64,000 bases of DNA, taken from NCBI RefSeq assembly GCF_963921235.1, contig NC_086106.1, positions 21,328,001-21,392,000 on the forward strand, read 5' to 3'. The position numbers were made by a program, and so were the translations under genes. The notes beneath the pieces were generated by a model. The model was not told where the DNA came from. It did not search any database and worked only from the letters and a program-made list of their open reading frames with translations. Positions 49,865 through 62,000 of the stretch are shown here, one piece after another (the first letter of the stretch is position 1; each line of letters starts with the position of its first letter). The stretch comes from Mobula hypostoma. Lineage: Eukaryota.

Positions 49865-52800
49865 TAACGGAGATGAGACGCATGCACTCAGGTTAGGTGC
49901 TATGGAAATGTTGTGTTAGCCATGCCTGGGCATGTTTAGTCAGGTTAGATGCTGGCAGACAGGCTATAAAAGCTGCTAACATTTACAGATGCTGTTTCGA
50001 CACGTGTTGATGCACATGTTCTTCAGGCAATAGCATAGTGAGTATACTTAATAATAGGGTTTATTGTCTTCAGGAAAATTCAATGCAGCAGAAATACCTC
50101 ATCAATGCCGCAACAGCTGCGAACATTCTGTTACATATGTGATGAGTGGACGCTTAAAGCTCAAAGACACACCATGAACAAAGTTATTAGAAAACCCACA
50201 TGCTCCAAATCGGATGTAAAATTGGTGACCGAGACAAACCCTGGGCTCCTCACATTTGTTGTACATCATGTGTAGTCAACCTGAGAGCTCGGCTTAGAGG
50301 TAATCGGATGTGAATGCCAACTGCAGTCCCAATCTATTGAATACCCCAGGCTGCCTTCAGCCATGAGGCCAGTGTCACATGATGACAGTTTGCAAATTCT
50401 GAAGCCACCAGAGACATAGAGCCCAGGGGAGACAGATGAAGATGCCACAACGCAAGAACCAGATGTGGAAACGATACTGATCCAGATGTTGAACCCTTTA
50501 TGTCTGATTATACTCATTGGTAGCACATCCAGAATTAAATGACCTGGTCCGGCGCTTAGATTTGTCAAAAGATAAAGCAGAACTACTTGGTTCAAGATTG
50601 CATGTATGGGGTTTGCTAACACCAGGTTCAAAGATTTCTGTCTTTTGAAACCGTCAAGAACATTGACAGACTTCTTTACACAAGTTGATAACCACTGTTT
50701 CTGGATTGACGTTGATTACACTGACAAATATATGTCTGCCTCCTCTTCATATAAAACATTACCTGATGAAACATTTTGTGAAAGAAAATGAACAAAGACG
50801 GTGATGAATTTCGCTATTTGAAACAGATGTTTAGCAGAATAATTCATGCCAAGACTAAGAAAGGCATTTTTGTTGGTTCATAAAACAGACTGGTCAACAA
50901 TGTCAGGGAGTTCGAGGATCTGCTAGTAGGACCAGAGAAAGTAACATAGAACTCATATAAGGATATTGTTGAGAATTTTCTTGGCACCTACAGAGCACCA
51001 AACTAGATTGAGAGGCTTGACAGCATGCTTACAGCATACAAAAACATGAAGTGCAGCATGTCATTGGAAATTCATTTCCCGCATTCACACTTGGACTTCT
51101 TGCCTGCTGATTTTGGTGCACAGAAACATAGAAACATAGCAAATAGCTGCAGGAGTAGGGTATTCGGACCTTCGAGTCTGCAACGCCATTCAGTATGATC
51201 ATGGCTGATCATTCAACTCAGAAACTTCTACCTGCCTTCTCTCCATTCCCCCTGATCCCTTTAGTCACAACGGCCATATCTAACTCCCTCTTATATATAG
51301 CCAATGAACTGGTCTCAAGTGTTTCCTGTGGCAGAGAATTCCACAGAGTGTCCACTCTCTGTGTGAAGAAGCTTTCTTTCCTAATCTCAGTCCGAAAAAG
51401 CTTCCACTTTATCCTCAAACTCTGACCAATCGTTCTGGACTTCCCAAACATCGGGAACAATCTTCCTGCATCTAGCCTGTCCAATCCCTTTCGGATTGTA
51501 TACATTGCAATCAGATCCCCCCTTAATCTTCTAAATTCCAACGAGTATAATCCTAGCCGATCCATTCTTTCACTATATGAAAGTCCTGTCATTCCAGGAA
51601 TCAATCTGGTGAACCTTCTTTGTACACTCTCTATGGCAAGAATATCTCTCCTTGATTGGGGGATCAAACCTGCACACAATACTCCAGGTTTTGTCTCACC
51701 AAGGCCTTGTAGAACTGCAGTAGTACCTCTCTGATCCTGTACTCGAATCCTCTTGTTATGAATGCCAGCATACCATTCGCCTTTTTCTCCGTCTGCTGTA
51801 CCTGCATGCCCACTTTCAATGATTGGTGTATAATGACAACCAGGTCTCGTTGCACCTCCACTTTTCCTAATCGGCACCATTCAGATAATAATCTGTTTTC
51901 CTGTTTTTGCCACCAAAGGTGATACCCTCACATTTATCCACATTAAATTGCATCTGCCATGAATTTGCCCACTCACCTAACCTATCCAAGTCACCCTGCA
52001 TCCTCTCAGCATCCTTATCAGAGCTAACACTGCCGCCCAGCTTCGTGTTATCCGCATACTTTGAGATGCTGTATTTAATTCCCTCGTCTAATTCATTAAT
52101 ATATATTGTAAACAACTGGGGTCCCAGCGCTGAGCCTCGCGTTAACCCAGTAGTCACTGCCTGCCATTCTGAAAAGGTCCCGTTTATTCCCACTGTTTGC
52201 TTCCTGTCTTCCAGTCAATTTTCTATCCGCATCAATACGATACTGCCAATACCGTGTGCTTTAAGTTTGCACACTAAACTCCTGTGCGGGACCTTGTCAA
52301 AAGCCTTTTAAAAATCCAAATACACTACATCCACCGGTTCTCCTTTACCCACTCTACTAGATACATCACAAAAAATTCTATGAGATTCGTCAGACATGAT
52401 TTTCCGTTCACAAATCCGTACTAACTTTGTCCGTTGATTTCACCGCTTTCCAAATGTGCTGTTATCACTTTTTTGATAACTGACTCCAGCATTTTTCCCA
52501 CCATCGACGTTAGGCTAACCGGTCTGGAATTCCCCGGTTTTTCTCTCCCTCCTTTTTGAAAAAAGCGGGATTACATTAACCACCCTCCAATTCTCAGGAA
52601 CTAGTCCAGAATCTAAATATTTTTTGAAAAATTATCACTAATGTATCCACTATTTCTTGGGCTACTCCCTTAAGCACTCTGAGATGCAGACCATCTGGCC
52701 CTAGGGATTGATCTGCCTTTAATCCTTTCAATTTACCTAACACCACTTCCCTACTAAGAAGTATTCCCTCAGTTCCACCATCTCACTAGACTCTCTGTCC

Positions 52801-55800
52801 CCTACCTCTTCCCCGTAATCAATTCACCTGTTTCTGTCTGTAAGGGACCTACATTTGTCTTAACCAATCGTTTTCTTTCTTTTCACATACCTATAAAAGC
52901 TTTCACAGTCTTTTTTTTGTTTTGTTTGTTTTAATGTTCCGTGCCAGTTTTATCTCATAATCTCTTTTCTCTTTGCTAATTAAGCCCTTTGTCCTCCTCT
53001 GCTGGAGACTGAATTTCTCTCAGTCGTCAGGTTTGCCGCTTTTTCGGGCTAATCTGTATGTTTCTTCTTTGAAATTGATACTATCCCTAACATCCCTTGT
53101 CAGCCACGGATGGACCACCTTCGCTGGTTTATTCTTTTGCCAAACTGGAATGAACAATTGTTGTAGTTCATCCATGCAATCTTTAAATGTTTGCCATTGC
53201 ATATCCACCGTCAATCCTTTAAGTACCATTTGTCAGTCTATCTTAGCTAATTCACGTCTTATACCTTCAAAGTTAACCTCCTTTGAGTTCAGAACCTTTG
53301 TTTCTGAATTAACCATGTCAATCTCCATCATAAAGAAAAATTCCACCATATTATGGTCACTCTTACCCAAGGGGCCTCTCGCGATAAGATTGCTGATTAA
53401 CTCTTCCTCATTGCTCAATACCCCATCTAGAATGGCCAACACTTTAGTTGTTTCCTCGACATGTTGGTTCAAAAAACAACCGCATACATTGCAACAAATC
53501 CTCTTCCTCAGCAAACTTACCAATTTGGATCACCCAATCTATATGTAGATTGAAGTCACCCATTATAACTGCTGTTCCCTTAATGCACCCAGTTCTAATT
53601 TCCTGTTTAATGCTATTCCCAACTTCACTACTACTGTTAGGTGGCCTGCACAACAACATCCACCAGCGCTTTCTGCCCCTTAGTGTTATGCAGCTCTACC
53701 ACATCGATCCACATCCTCCCGGCTAATTACCTCCTTTCTATTGCGTTAATCTCCGCTCTAACCAGCAATGCTACCCCACCGCCTTTTCTTTCATTTCTAT
53801 CCCAACTGAATATTGAAAATACCTGAATGTTGAGCTCCCATCCTTGGTCACCCTGGAGCCATGTCTCTGTGACCCAACTATATCATATTCATTAATAACA
53901 CTCTGCACTTTTAATGCATCCACCTTATTACGAATACTCCTTGCATTGACACACAAAGCCTCCAGGCTTGCTTTTACAACACTCTTGGCCCTTATACAAT
54001 TATGTTAAAAAGTGGCCCTTTTTGATTTTTCCCCTGGATTTGCCGGCCTGCCACATGACTTTTTACCTTACTACTGTTTGCTTCTACCCTGATTTTACAC
54101 CCCTCTGTCTCTCTGCACATGTTTCCACCCCCCTGTTTTAAACTAACCTCCTCTATCCTCCACGCTGTAATTTGATTCCCACCCCGCAACCGTTCTAGTT
54201 TAAAGTCACCTCAGTAGCCTCCCCGCCAGGATATTGGTCCCCCTAGGATTGAAGTGTAACCCGCCCTTTTAGTACAGGTCACTGCTGCGCCAAAATAGGT
54301 CCCAGTTATCCAAAAACTGGAATCCCTACCCCATGCTTCAATCCCTCAGCCACGCATTTGTCCTCCACCTCAGTGCATTCCTACTCTCACTGTGCGTAGC
54401 ACAATAACGAATCGCGAGATTACTACCTTTCCAGTCCTTTTTCAAACTCCTTTCCTAACTCCCTATATTCTCCTTTCAGGACCCCTTCCCTGTTCGGACC
54501 TATGTCATTGGTACTTATATGTACCACGACCTCCGGCTGCTTACGCCCCCCCCCCCCACCCCCAAGGCCCCCTCATTGCAGGATATCTTGCACACGATCA
54601 GAAATATACCGGAACCTGGCACTAAGGAGGCAAACTACCATCCGGGTCTCTGGACTGCGTCCACAGAATCGCCTATCTGACGCCATGAAAATCGAGTCCC
54701 CTGTTACGACTGCCCTCCTCTTTCTTTCCCTACCCTTCTGAGTTACAGGGCCGGACTCTCTGCCGGAGGCACGGCCACTGTCGCTTCCCCCATGTAAGCT
54801 GCCCCAGCAACAGTACTCAAAAAGGAGTACCTACTGTCAAGGGGCACAGCCACCGGGGTACTCTCTATAACCTGACTCTTCTCCTTCCCCCTTCTAACCG
54901 TGACCCACTTGTCTGCCTCCCGTGGCTCCGGTGTGCTTACCTGCCTGTAACACCTCTCTATCAACTTCTCACTCCCTCTGACAAGGCAAAAGTCATCGAG
55001 CTGCAGCTCCAGTTCTCTAACGCGATCCCTTAGGAACTGCATCTCGGCGCACCTTGCGCAGATATCGACGTCCGGGAGACTTGTAGACTCCACGACCTCC
55101 CATATCCGGCACCGAGAACAACAAACTAACCTCACACTCATACTGCCCCTCTCCTCAAATAACAACAAAAGTTGAATACCAACCCTCTCCGCCTCGCCCG
55201 TTTCCACCTAAGCCCGTTGAGCCGAAGCCCTTAAGTCTTCCCTTTGCTGCCGGCTCACTCCGAAGCCTGCAGACTCCACAGCCCGCTGTGTAACGCTCTG
55301 TTCCTTTTAAATCTTCCAGGCGTCACTGCCTGACGTCACACGCTTGCGCAGTCCCGCCTGTCTGAACGCCGATGGAAAAAAAAGGAACAATTCAATAATG
55401 GTTTCTTCCGCACTCCCGCGCCAATTCTTAGATATCCTTCTCCGTATTAAACCCGAAGCAGGATTTCTGTCCTTTTAAATCTTTAACAATTCACTGTTTG
55501 ACGTCACACGCCTGCGCAGTCCCGCTTCTCTGAACGCCAATGGGAAAATGAAGCGAAAATTAAAAAAAAAACATGGCTTCTTCCGCACTCCCGTTCCGAT
55601 TCTCAGACTGCCTTCTCCAAATTAAACCCGAAGCAGGATTTATGTCCTTTTAAACCCTTTGAATGCAGTCAGTGATGAACAGGGTGAAAGGTTTCAATAG
55701 GACTTTGCAACCATAGAGAAGCGGTATCAGGGCAACTTCAATCAATTAATGTTGGCGGACTATTGTTGGGCACTGACAGGAGTGGCACCTGATACTGTGT

Positions 55801-56000
55801 ACAAAATCCTCTGCAAAATATTTTAAGCTCAGTTGAACTAACACAATGTGTCAGCATTATTTTGCAATTAAACCTGTAAAATTCAGTAAAAAAAAATAAT
55901 GTTTATCCAAATTCTTACGGATACAGCAAATCTGAATTTATTTTTTTTTTTGTGTTCAGAATGACATTCTCTGTCATAATCTATTTTTTTCAGGAAGCAA
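49865..56000 (+). mobile_element. Chapaev3-like fossil (49865-51120 and 55664-~56000) split by a CR1 insertion
   Basis: ..TTTTGGTGCA | CR1 | TGCAGTCAGTGATGAAC.. rejoins to the 'GAVSDEH' codons seen uninterrupted near 24058. Confidence 0.65.
51121..55663 (-). mobile_element. Apparently full-length CR1 LINE (~4.5 kb) with disrupted ORFs
   Basis: ORF1-like C2-x-C2 zinc finger and coiled coil (54743-55207), ORF2 endonuclease fragments (53.0-53.95 kb), RT fragments (51.2-52.3 kb), CATAGAAA tail at 51121-51140, candidate TSD TGCA (51117-51120, 55664-55667). Confidence 0.9.
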
Positions 56001-56215
56001 AACGTCTTCGCTACAATATATTTGTTGCGGTGGCGGCTGACGGGAGACTCTGTTGGAACTGAAAGTTCTTAGAAGTGTATTCATGTAATTAGCAGTGAGT
56101 TTCCCCGTTGGCCGATGTTGAGGACGGAACGTTAGGATTTAACATCTGCGTCATTTCGAATATGACAGGTTAGTGCAGGATTTTCAGCATCTTTTCTACG
56201 GTCTTTGTGCTCGTA

Positions 56216-56254
56216 CATTTTTGTACTGGTCCTCTCATATTTTGAAACACTGTT
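56216..56254 (-). other. Second tandem 23-RSS behind supporting V A3, heptamer mutated
   Basis: AACAGTG (first C lost), 23 nt, ACAAAAATG. Confidence 0.6.
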
Positions 56255-56310
56255 TAATCCAAAACATTGAGGTTTTTTGTGCATCTCGCTTCCTCATGTC
56301 TATCACTGTG

Positions 56311-56616
56311 CCCTTCGGCGACTGATGGCACATTGGTACAAAGCCGAGTCGCTCACTTGCAATTTCGAGATCTTTAAGATGCTGATTTTATTTTCCCGAT
56401 CGACAGAACCGAAGAAGTGTCCTTCGGCAGCATTTTGCTGATCCTGATCTCCAGATGTATGCGTCTGGAGCATAAATTCTGGAGGCTCTGCTTGGAGCTG
56501 CCGGTACCAATGTATCGTGTATGGACAAAACCCGAAATATTCGCAGCTTAATATGGCGACGTCATCAGAATAAGGAGATTGTAGAGAAGGACTCTTGGCC
56601 ACGAGGGATATAGGAT
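56311..56616 (-). CDS. Supporting TCR-delta V exon, cassette A3 (intact)
   Basis: Open 306-nt exon (D)PISLVAKSPSL..LSC EYFGFCPYTIH WYRQ..DSALYQC AISRRR with TTCAG acceptor. CACAGTG, 23 nt, ACAAAAAAC. Confidence 0.9.
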
Positions 56617-57727
56617 CTGAAGGAATTTAAAAGATGCATCATAATTTCTATCGCTGCTGGATTGGCCACGAATAGGAATAGGTGAAGGATTCATACCGGC
56701 TGGTTTCGTTCACAAAATGTCCAAAATGTTTTTCGTGCACTTGGGAATTATTCCAGCGACTTTCGGCGCTGGAGAAATATTTGCTAGATGCTGCAGGAGG
56801 AGAATGGAAATTAATAGGAGGAGAAGTGGAATGACTGCATGAAAATGCTGGAATATGTGAAGCCATGGGAATTAATAAATAAAATGTAGAACATTTGTGA
56901 AATATTTTCAGAGAGCGAACACCCAGCGAGTTGGAGGATCTACCTGTTTTATTGTGAAAACCTCTATTTTTTTTCTTTCTTCCATGTTTGTAACGGAAAG
57001 ACGATTAGGAAATCTAATATTTTCGGTGCGTTGCTCAGGTTTCCAGCATCACCGGATTTCCGGTTGTATTCCCTTTCGCTGTGCCAAGTCATCCTCCTGT
57101 TTTTTAACACGCCAGGCAGTTTCCATATTTTTTTCTTTTCATTTCTGCTTGTTGTGCTTTTGCTGCATAAAGTATATATCCTGTCATCTTAAAATATTCT
57201 CACGCAGTCTGACGGATTTCGCTTGCATTCCAGTTTACACTTAGGCGTCAGACTTAGATGTAACCTGGCGTCTACCCTCACTAATCACATTGGTAGCTTT
57301 TGCTTGATATATGAAGAAACAACAGCCTTAATTTTCCAGCGTGCAGTTTCTGAGGATCTATACTAAAGCAATCACTGAGCGAAGTACACCCCAGAGAAGT
57401 TCCGACAAACTTGATAGCCCTTCGTGCTGGCCCAAGATTAGTATTACTCAGCTGCCCCCAAAAGAGCTGACACAAAATAAATACACGCACTGCACGAGAA
57501 TGAAACCCTGCGTCTCCTTTCGCACGGCCTCGTTACAGATATGCGCTGTTTTTACTTTTATAATACATTTCCTAAGACGAAGGTATGGCTGGCAATCTAA
57601 GCGTATTATATTGCATCAAGCCCAACATAGTTTCTATAACGGAAATATCAATCAAAGTTGAAATTTTCAGCTAAACTGCTCTAACATGCACATTCAAAAA
57701 GACGCTTCATATTGTTGAAATACTCAC

Positions 57728-57785
57728 CGACTGCGACAGTGACTGTGGACCCGGTTCCATCTTCATAGTAAGTTCTCCAGTAACA
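57728..57785 (-). CDS. NAR-TCR J, cassette A3 (CYWRTYYEDGTGSTVTVAV)
   Basis: GTGAGT donor. RSS: CACCGTG (57786-57792), 23 nt, ACAAGAATC. Confidence 0.87.
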
Positions 57786-58153
57786 CACCGTGATCCGGCT
57801 CTTAATCTCTCTGGTACAAGAATCAACCTCAACTCAGTTTATTCATCAGCAATCATTGGACAGGGTTGAAACATTCCAGACTTTTAAAACAAGAGCAATT
57901 GCATTCAGTGTTTCACAAACACAATTGAAGCTATACATGAGAATTAACCTCTGTAAAATAACCTCATCATAGTTTCCGTATGTCCGTTCCCTAAACTGCA
58001 TCAAATATCAAAAACTTCCCTGAAAGAGGTAAAAGAAAATTGAATTCAGCTGATCACTATGCGAATGTAATGTGACATATGATTCTATTCCCCTACTACG
58101 GAATATATACCTTAAAGGGGCCAGACGTTTTTGTTCGATTATCTTCCGTTGTG

Positions 58154-58167
58154 TCCATTCCAATATC
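58154..58167 (-). other. NAR-TCR D, cassette A3 (GATATTGGAATGGA), 12-RSS on both sides
   Basis: CGTTTTTGT, 12 nt, CGTTGTG, core, CACACTG (58168-58174). Confidence 0.78.
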
Positions 58168-58543
58168 CACACTGTTTCATGTCAAGTCCAAATTGCAGGA
58201 GACTGTTGGGACGGAGAAAACATCTTCCCAACTGCTATTCCAGTTTCCACGATATTGGAGCAGGATCCTATCTGAAGTAGGAGATTGGGAAGGGGGAGAG
58301 TCATTCTCAGTTGCTGTTCAGTGCACAGTTCCTGGGAAAGGTGGTTTTCCATGCAAATACAGAAGAGAAACTAACTAGTGTATGAACGGACAACATCCAG
58401 TCCCATTGCAAACTAGAATGTACGGGACGCAGAAGAAGAACCTTCTGAAATTACCAGCATATGAACTCCGCTTCTTCAGATGTTGATGGGATAATTTCCA
58501 TCTGCTGTTTGAGTACGGTTGTGATCCCTTTCCAAACACTGTG

Positions 58544-58834
58544 TGTTCCATTCATATTCCGCTTTACAAAAATAGGTGGCACTGTCGCCAACTTCAAGAT
58601 TCATAATTTTCAGTGTAAATATCATTTCGGCGTCATTTTGCGCAATTATAAATCTCGTTCCTGTGGAGATCTGTTCCCTTCCCGTTTTTCGCGGTGTTTG
58701 TTTGCAGAAATGTCCAGTTATAAACTTATAGGTTCCCGTCCATCCAGTACGGAAAGTGCATGTGATGGTCAGTGACTAGCATTCAGTTTTCGTTACAGCT
58801 GTCGGGCTCTGGGTCACGGACTGGCTGAAGAAGA
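58544..58834 (-). pseudogene. NAR-TCR V exon, cassette A3, with a single nonsense codon
   Basis: 291-nt exon open except CAG to TAG at 58776-58778 (TKTEC*SLTITC). Acceptor, both canonical Cys and the 23-RSS are intact. Confidence 0.85.
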
Positions 58835-58979
58835 CTGGAAATGAATAATAAGGAGAAGCGAAACAGCATGAGATGTGAGACATACAAGAGGGCAACACCA
58901 TGACTTCAAGGATTCTGCATACTCTAGATCAGTTTCGTGTTTAACTCGAATATTACGTAAATTTGTGAACAGTACTCAC

Positions 58980-59022
58980 GGTCAAAGCAGAGGCACAGTG
59001 CGACATACAAGAGAAATTTCAT
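58980..59022 (-). CDS. Leader exon A3 (MKFLLYVALCLCFD)
   Basis: 43 nt, GTGAGT donor. Confidence 0.83.
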
Positions 59023-62000
59023 CCTTTCGTCTCCGAGTATAAGATGGATTATGCAGCCGCTAGCGAGGCTACTGTGGTAGTTTCTTTCTCAGAGCCGGGC
59101 AGAGACGCCTCAGCCGTTTTCTGTTCGAGATTTATTCAATTGCTTCACTGTTTCCGGATTATCTGTTGTGGGAAAAGCGTTAGATTTGATTAACAATAGC
59201 TGTGGTTCCCTTTTCACGCAATTTATTTGCAATTAATGAGAAAAAAAAACAGTGGTACTGCGAATAAGGAAGTGACATAATTTGCAGTTGCTACCGTGAA
59301 ATGAAGTTTCGCCCAGATAACTGTGAGTGTCACAATGTTGATAAACGTATCAGCAGACAGTTTCCAGATGTCTCCCAACATTAAGACAAAGAGATAAAGA
59401 AAGCCGAGAAAGGTGTCAGAAATGGAACAGGTGATTTGATGGGTACTGTGGAAGTCGGAAGCAAAGATGTTTGCATTGAAGACATCAGCAAGGGTACATG
59501 AAGCAGCACCAGTACAGTCGTCCATGTCGCATGAAGAAAAAAAAATGAAAGCTGAAACGCTGGAATACAGTTTTGGAACATGGACTGTTCTACGTAAGGA
59601 ACAAAATTATACCGTCTTTAGCGTTGGGTACATGTGTATTCCCACGGCTACGAATTAGCTTTGGAAAAAGTGGGAGTATCCAAAATAAAAAAAAGAAATG
59701 ATCTGAGTGTGAACCAGCTAACTATTTTTTTTGTTTCTTTGTTTTCTTACTCTATATTTGCGAGATAACATGTACGATGCCCTCAGGTTATAGTCTGTCT
59801 ATTTTCGCCGAATTTTATTTTCTGCACAGTCAACAATATTACTTGAATAACCAACAAACCCAGCATAATTGCAACATAACTCTGAACTGATACTACAAAC
59901 TGCAGACTAATTTTCAAAGAGTTGTGCAGATATTGTTCTCAATATTATCATTATATTTATTATCGTTATTACGTATGTGCTAATTCTCATGTCAAGCTGT
60001 TAAAACGTCAGGGCCAGGTACAGCCAAACACGTCTATATGTCAGTTCCTGCAAACTTTCGAACTATTCTTGTGGTGTTCCAAATTGTGACTTTCTGAAGA
60101 CCTACATGGATATTGCTCTACTTGCTTAGTTGTTCAATAGTATATTGTACTGCCTTTGGGATTATACCAGCTGTACATATTACCAGGAGTCAATGTACAG
60201 CTGTTCATGTTTCAAAATCTTTATATTTCTTCCTTTAATACAGCATATTACAGATTTTTTTTCTCAGTTATTGACTTGGATATTATGTATCTTTCGATCG
60301 GCTGTATCTATAATTTAAGTTTCTCTTGCCTGTTTCTCCCGTATTATTGTATGCAGACAATTATTATGCATTGTCTTCTGAGCAATCACTGATACCTTAG
60401 AATATATATTTCTGCTATGCCTACTGATCATTAGTACTATAATATTAATAATAATAATAATTATTATTATTATGACTATTATTATTATTATTATTGTTGT
60501 TGCTATTATTATTATTATTATTATTATTATCGTATCACGTTACTACAATCCAGCCAATTCCATCGCTCAGAAGCGGTTCACAATTCACATCTGAACGAAC
60601 CGACCATGAGGAATAATTTGTGGTGTGTCACCGGGCTACCAACCGACCAATCGAAGCAAGCTCCATGAGTGGCGATAGGCAACAGCGCAAGATTAAAGGG
60701 TAAATGATTTATTTAAATTAAGAGAAATTCAAACAGTGCAGACAGACATGGAGGAATGGGTTCAGAAAAAGTGGAGGTAATTAGTGAGTTAAAAAAAAAC
60801 AATCTGATAGAGAGAATGTTTAACTATATCGTAAAGAAATTGAGAAATAAGTAAAATGTTTTATTCTTTGTCCTTACGGCATTGCTGAACGGAGGACAAA
60901 TATGGAACACTTTAGCACAGAGCAGATACAGATGGGCACTTAAACAAAATTAGCGGACTTTTTCCTTTAAAGAGAACTGGCACTGGCGGTGGGATTTCCA
61001 CAAAGAGAATCTCTTGTGTTGCTCTACCTATTAGACGGGCAGGCACCGTAAAAGCAGAAAAAAGATTCAGCTAACATTCAAAGTAGCTGCGACCGCTGCA
61101 AGTGTTACTCTTGACAGAGGTCCACGTGCAAACGAGGACACTCAAGCGGTTGATGGAAGAAAGACAGCGTAACATTGTCAACGTGGAATTATTAAAAAGT
61201 TAGCCTATCTTCAAAGAATTGTTTGAACAAAAACGCATGAAATAATATGAGAGCTAAAATGAAACCAACCGAAAGACTACAACAATGCTATCCAATAAAG
61301 TAATGAGATGACACCACCCGAAGAATTCACAGAAGTACAATTACTTCCGCAATTTTTCACAACCTGACGGTAATTCAAAATACAAAGGTAGAGCTTTCAC
61401 AGAATGCTGATGACGAATCTGAGCTTACAAGCAAAATTAATACAGATAAAGCAATTAATTTAAATACTAGAAATATGTATTTTTTTACAGATGAAAACCT
61501 GATTTTTCGAAGAGATAAGTAAAGAATATTAAAAAAAAACATAAAGCGAGTGGACTATATTAAAAACTGCAGGATACTACCGAAATTATGATTAAAAAGG
61601 AAAAAGTCAAGTATGTAGTTGAGTATGTGGTAAAGAAGGAAAATGCGATGTTAGCAATGTTTCAATTGGAATAGAAAACACGGCGAAAACTCTGAGCATT
61701 ATTAAGACACTAGTCGGGCTGCACTTAGAGTATTGCCAGCTGTTTCGGGCCCCGTATCTCAGGAAATATGTGCCGTTATTTGAGAGAGCCCAGATGAGGT
61801 TCAAAAATAAGCATATGCGGAAGGTTTACCTTATTTGCCCCTCTACTCACTGGGATTTAGAACAAATGCGGGGTGATCTCATTGAAAAGTTCCAAATGTT
61901 GAAAGGGTAGATATCGAGAGGATATTTCTGATGGTTGGTCTATTCGGAACTGGTGAGCCCCGCCTCAAAATTGAGAGGCGAACATTTAGGACAAAGATAA

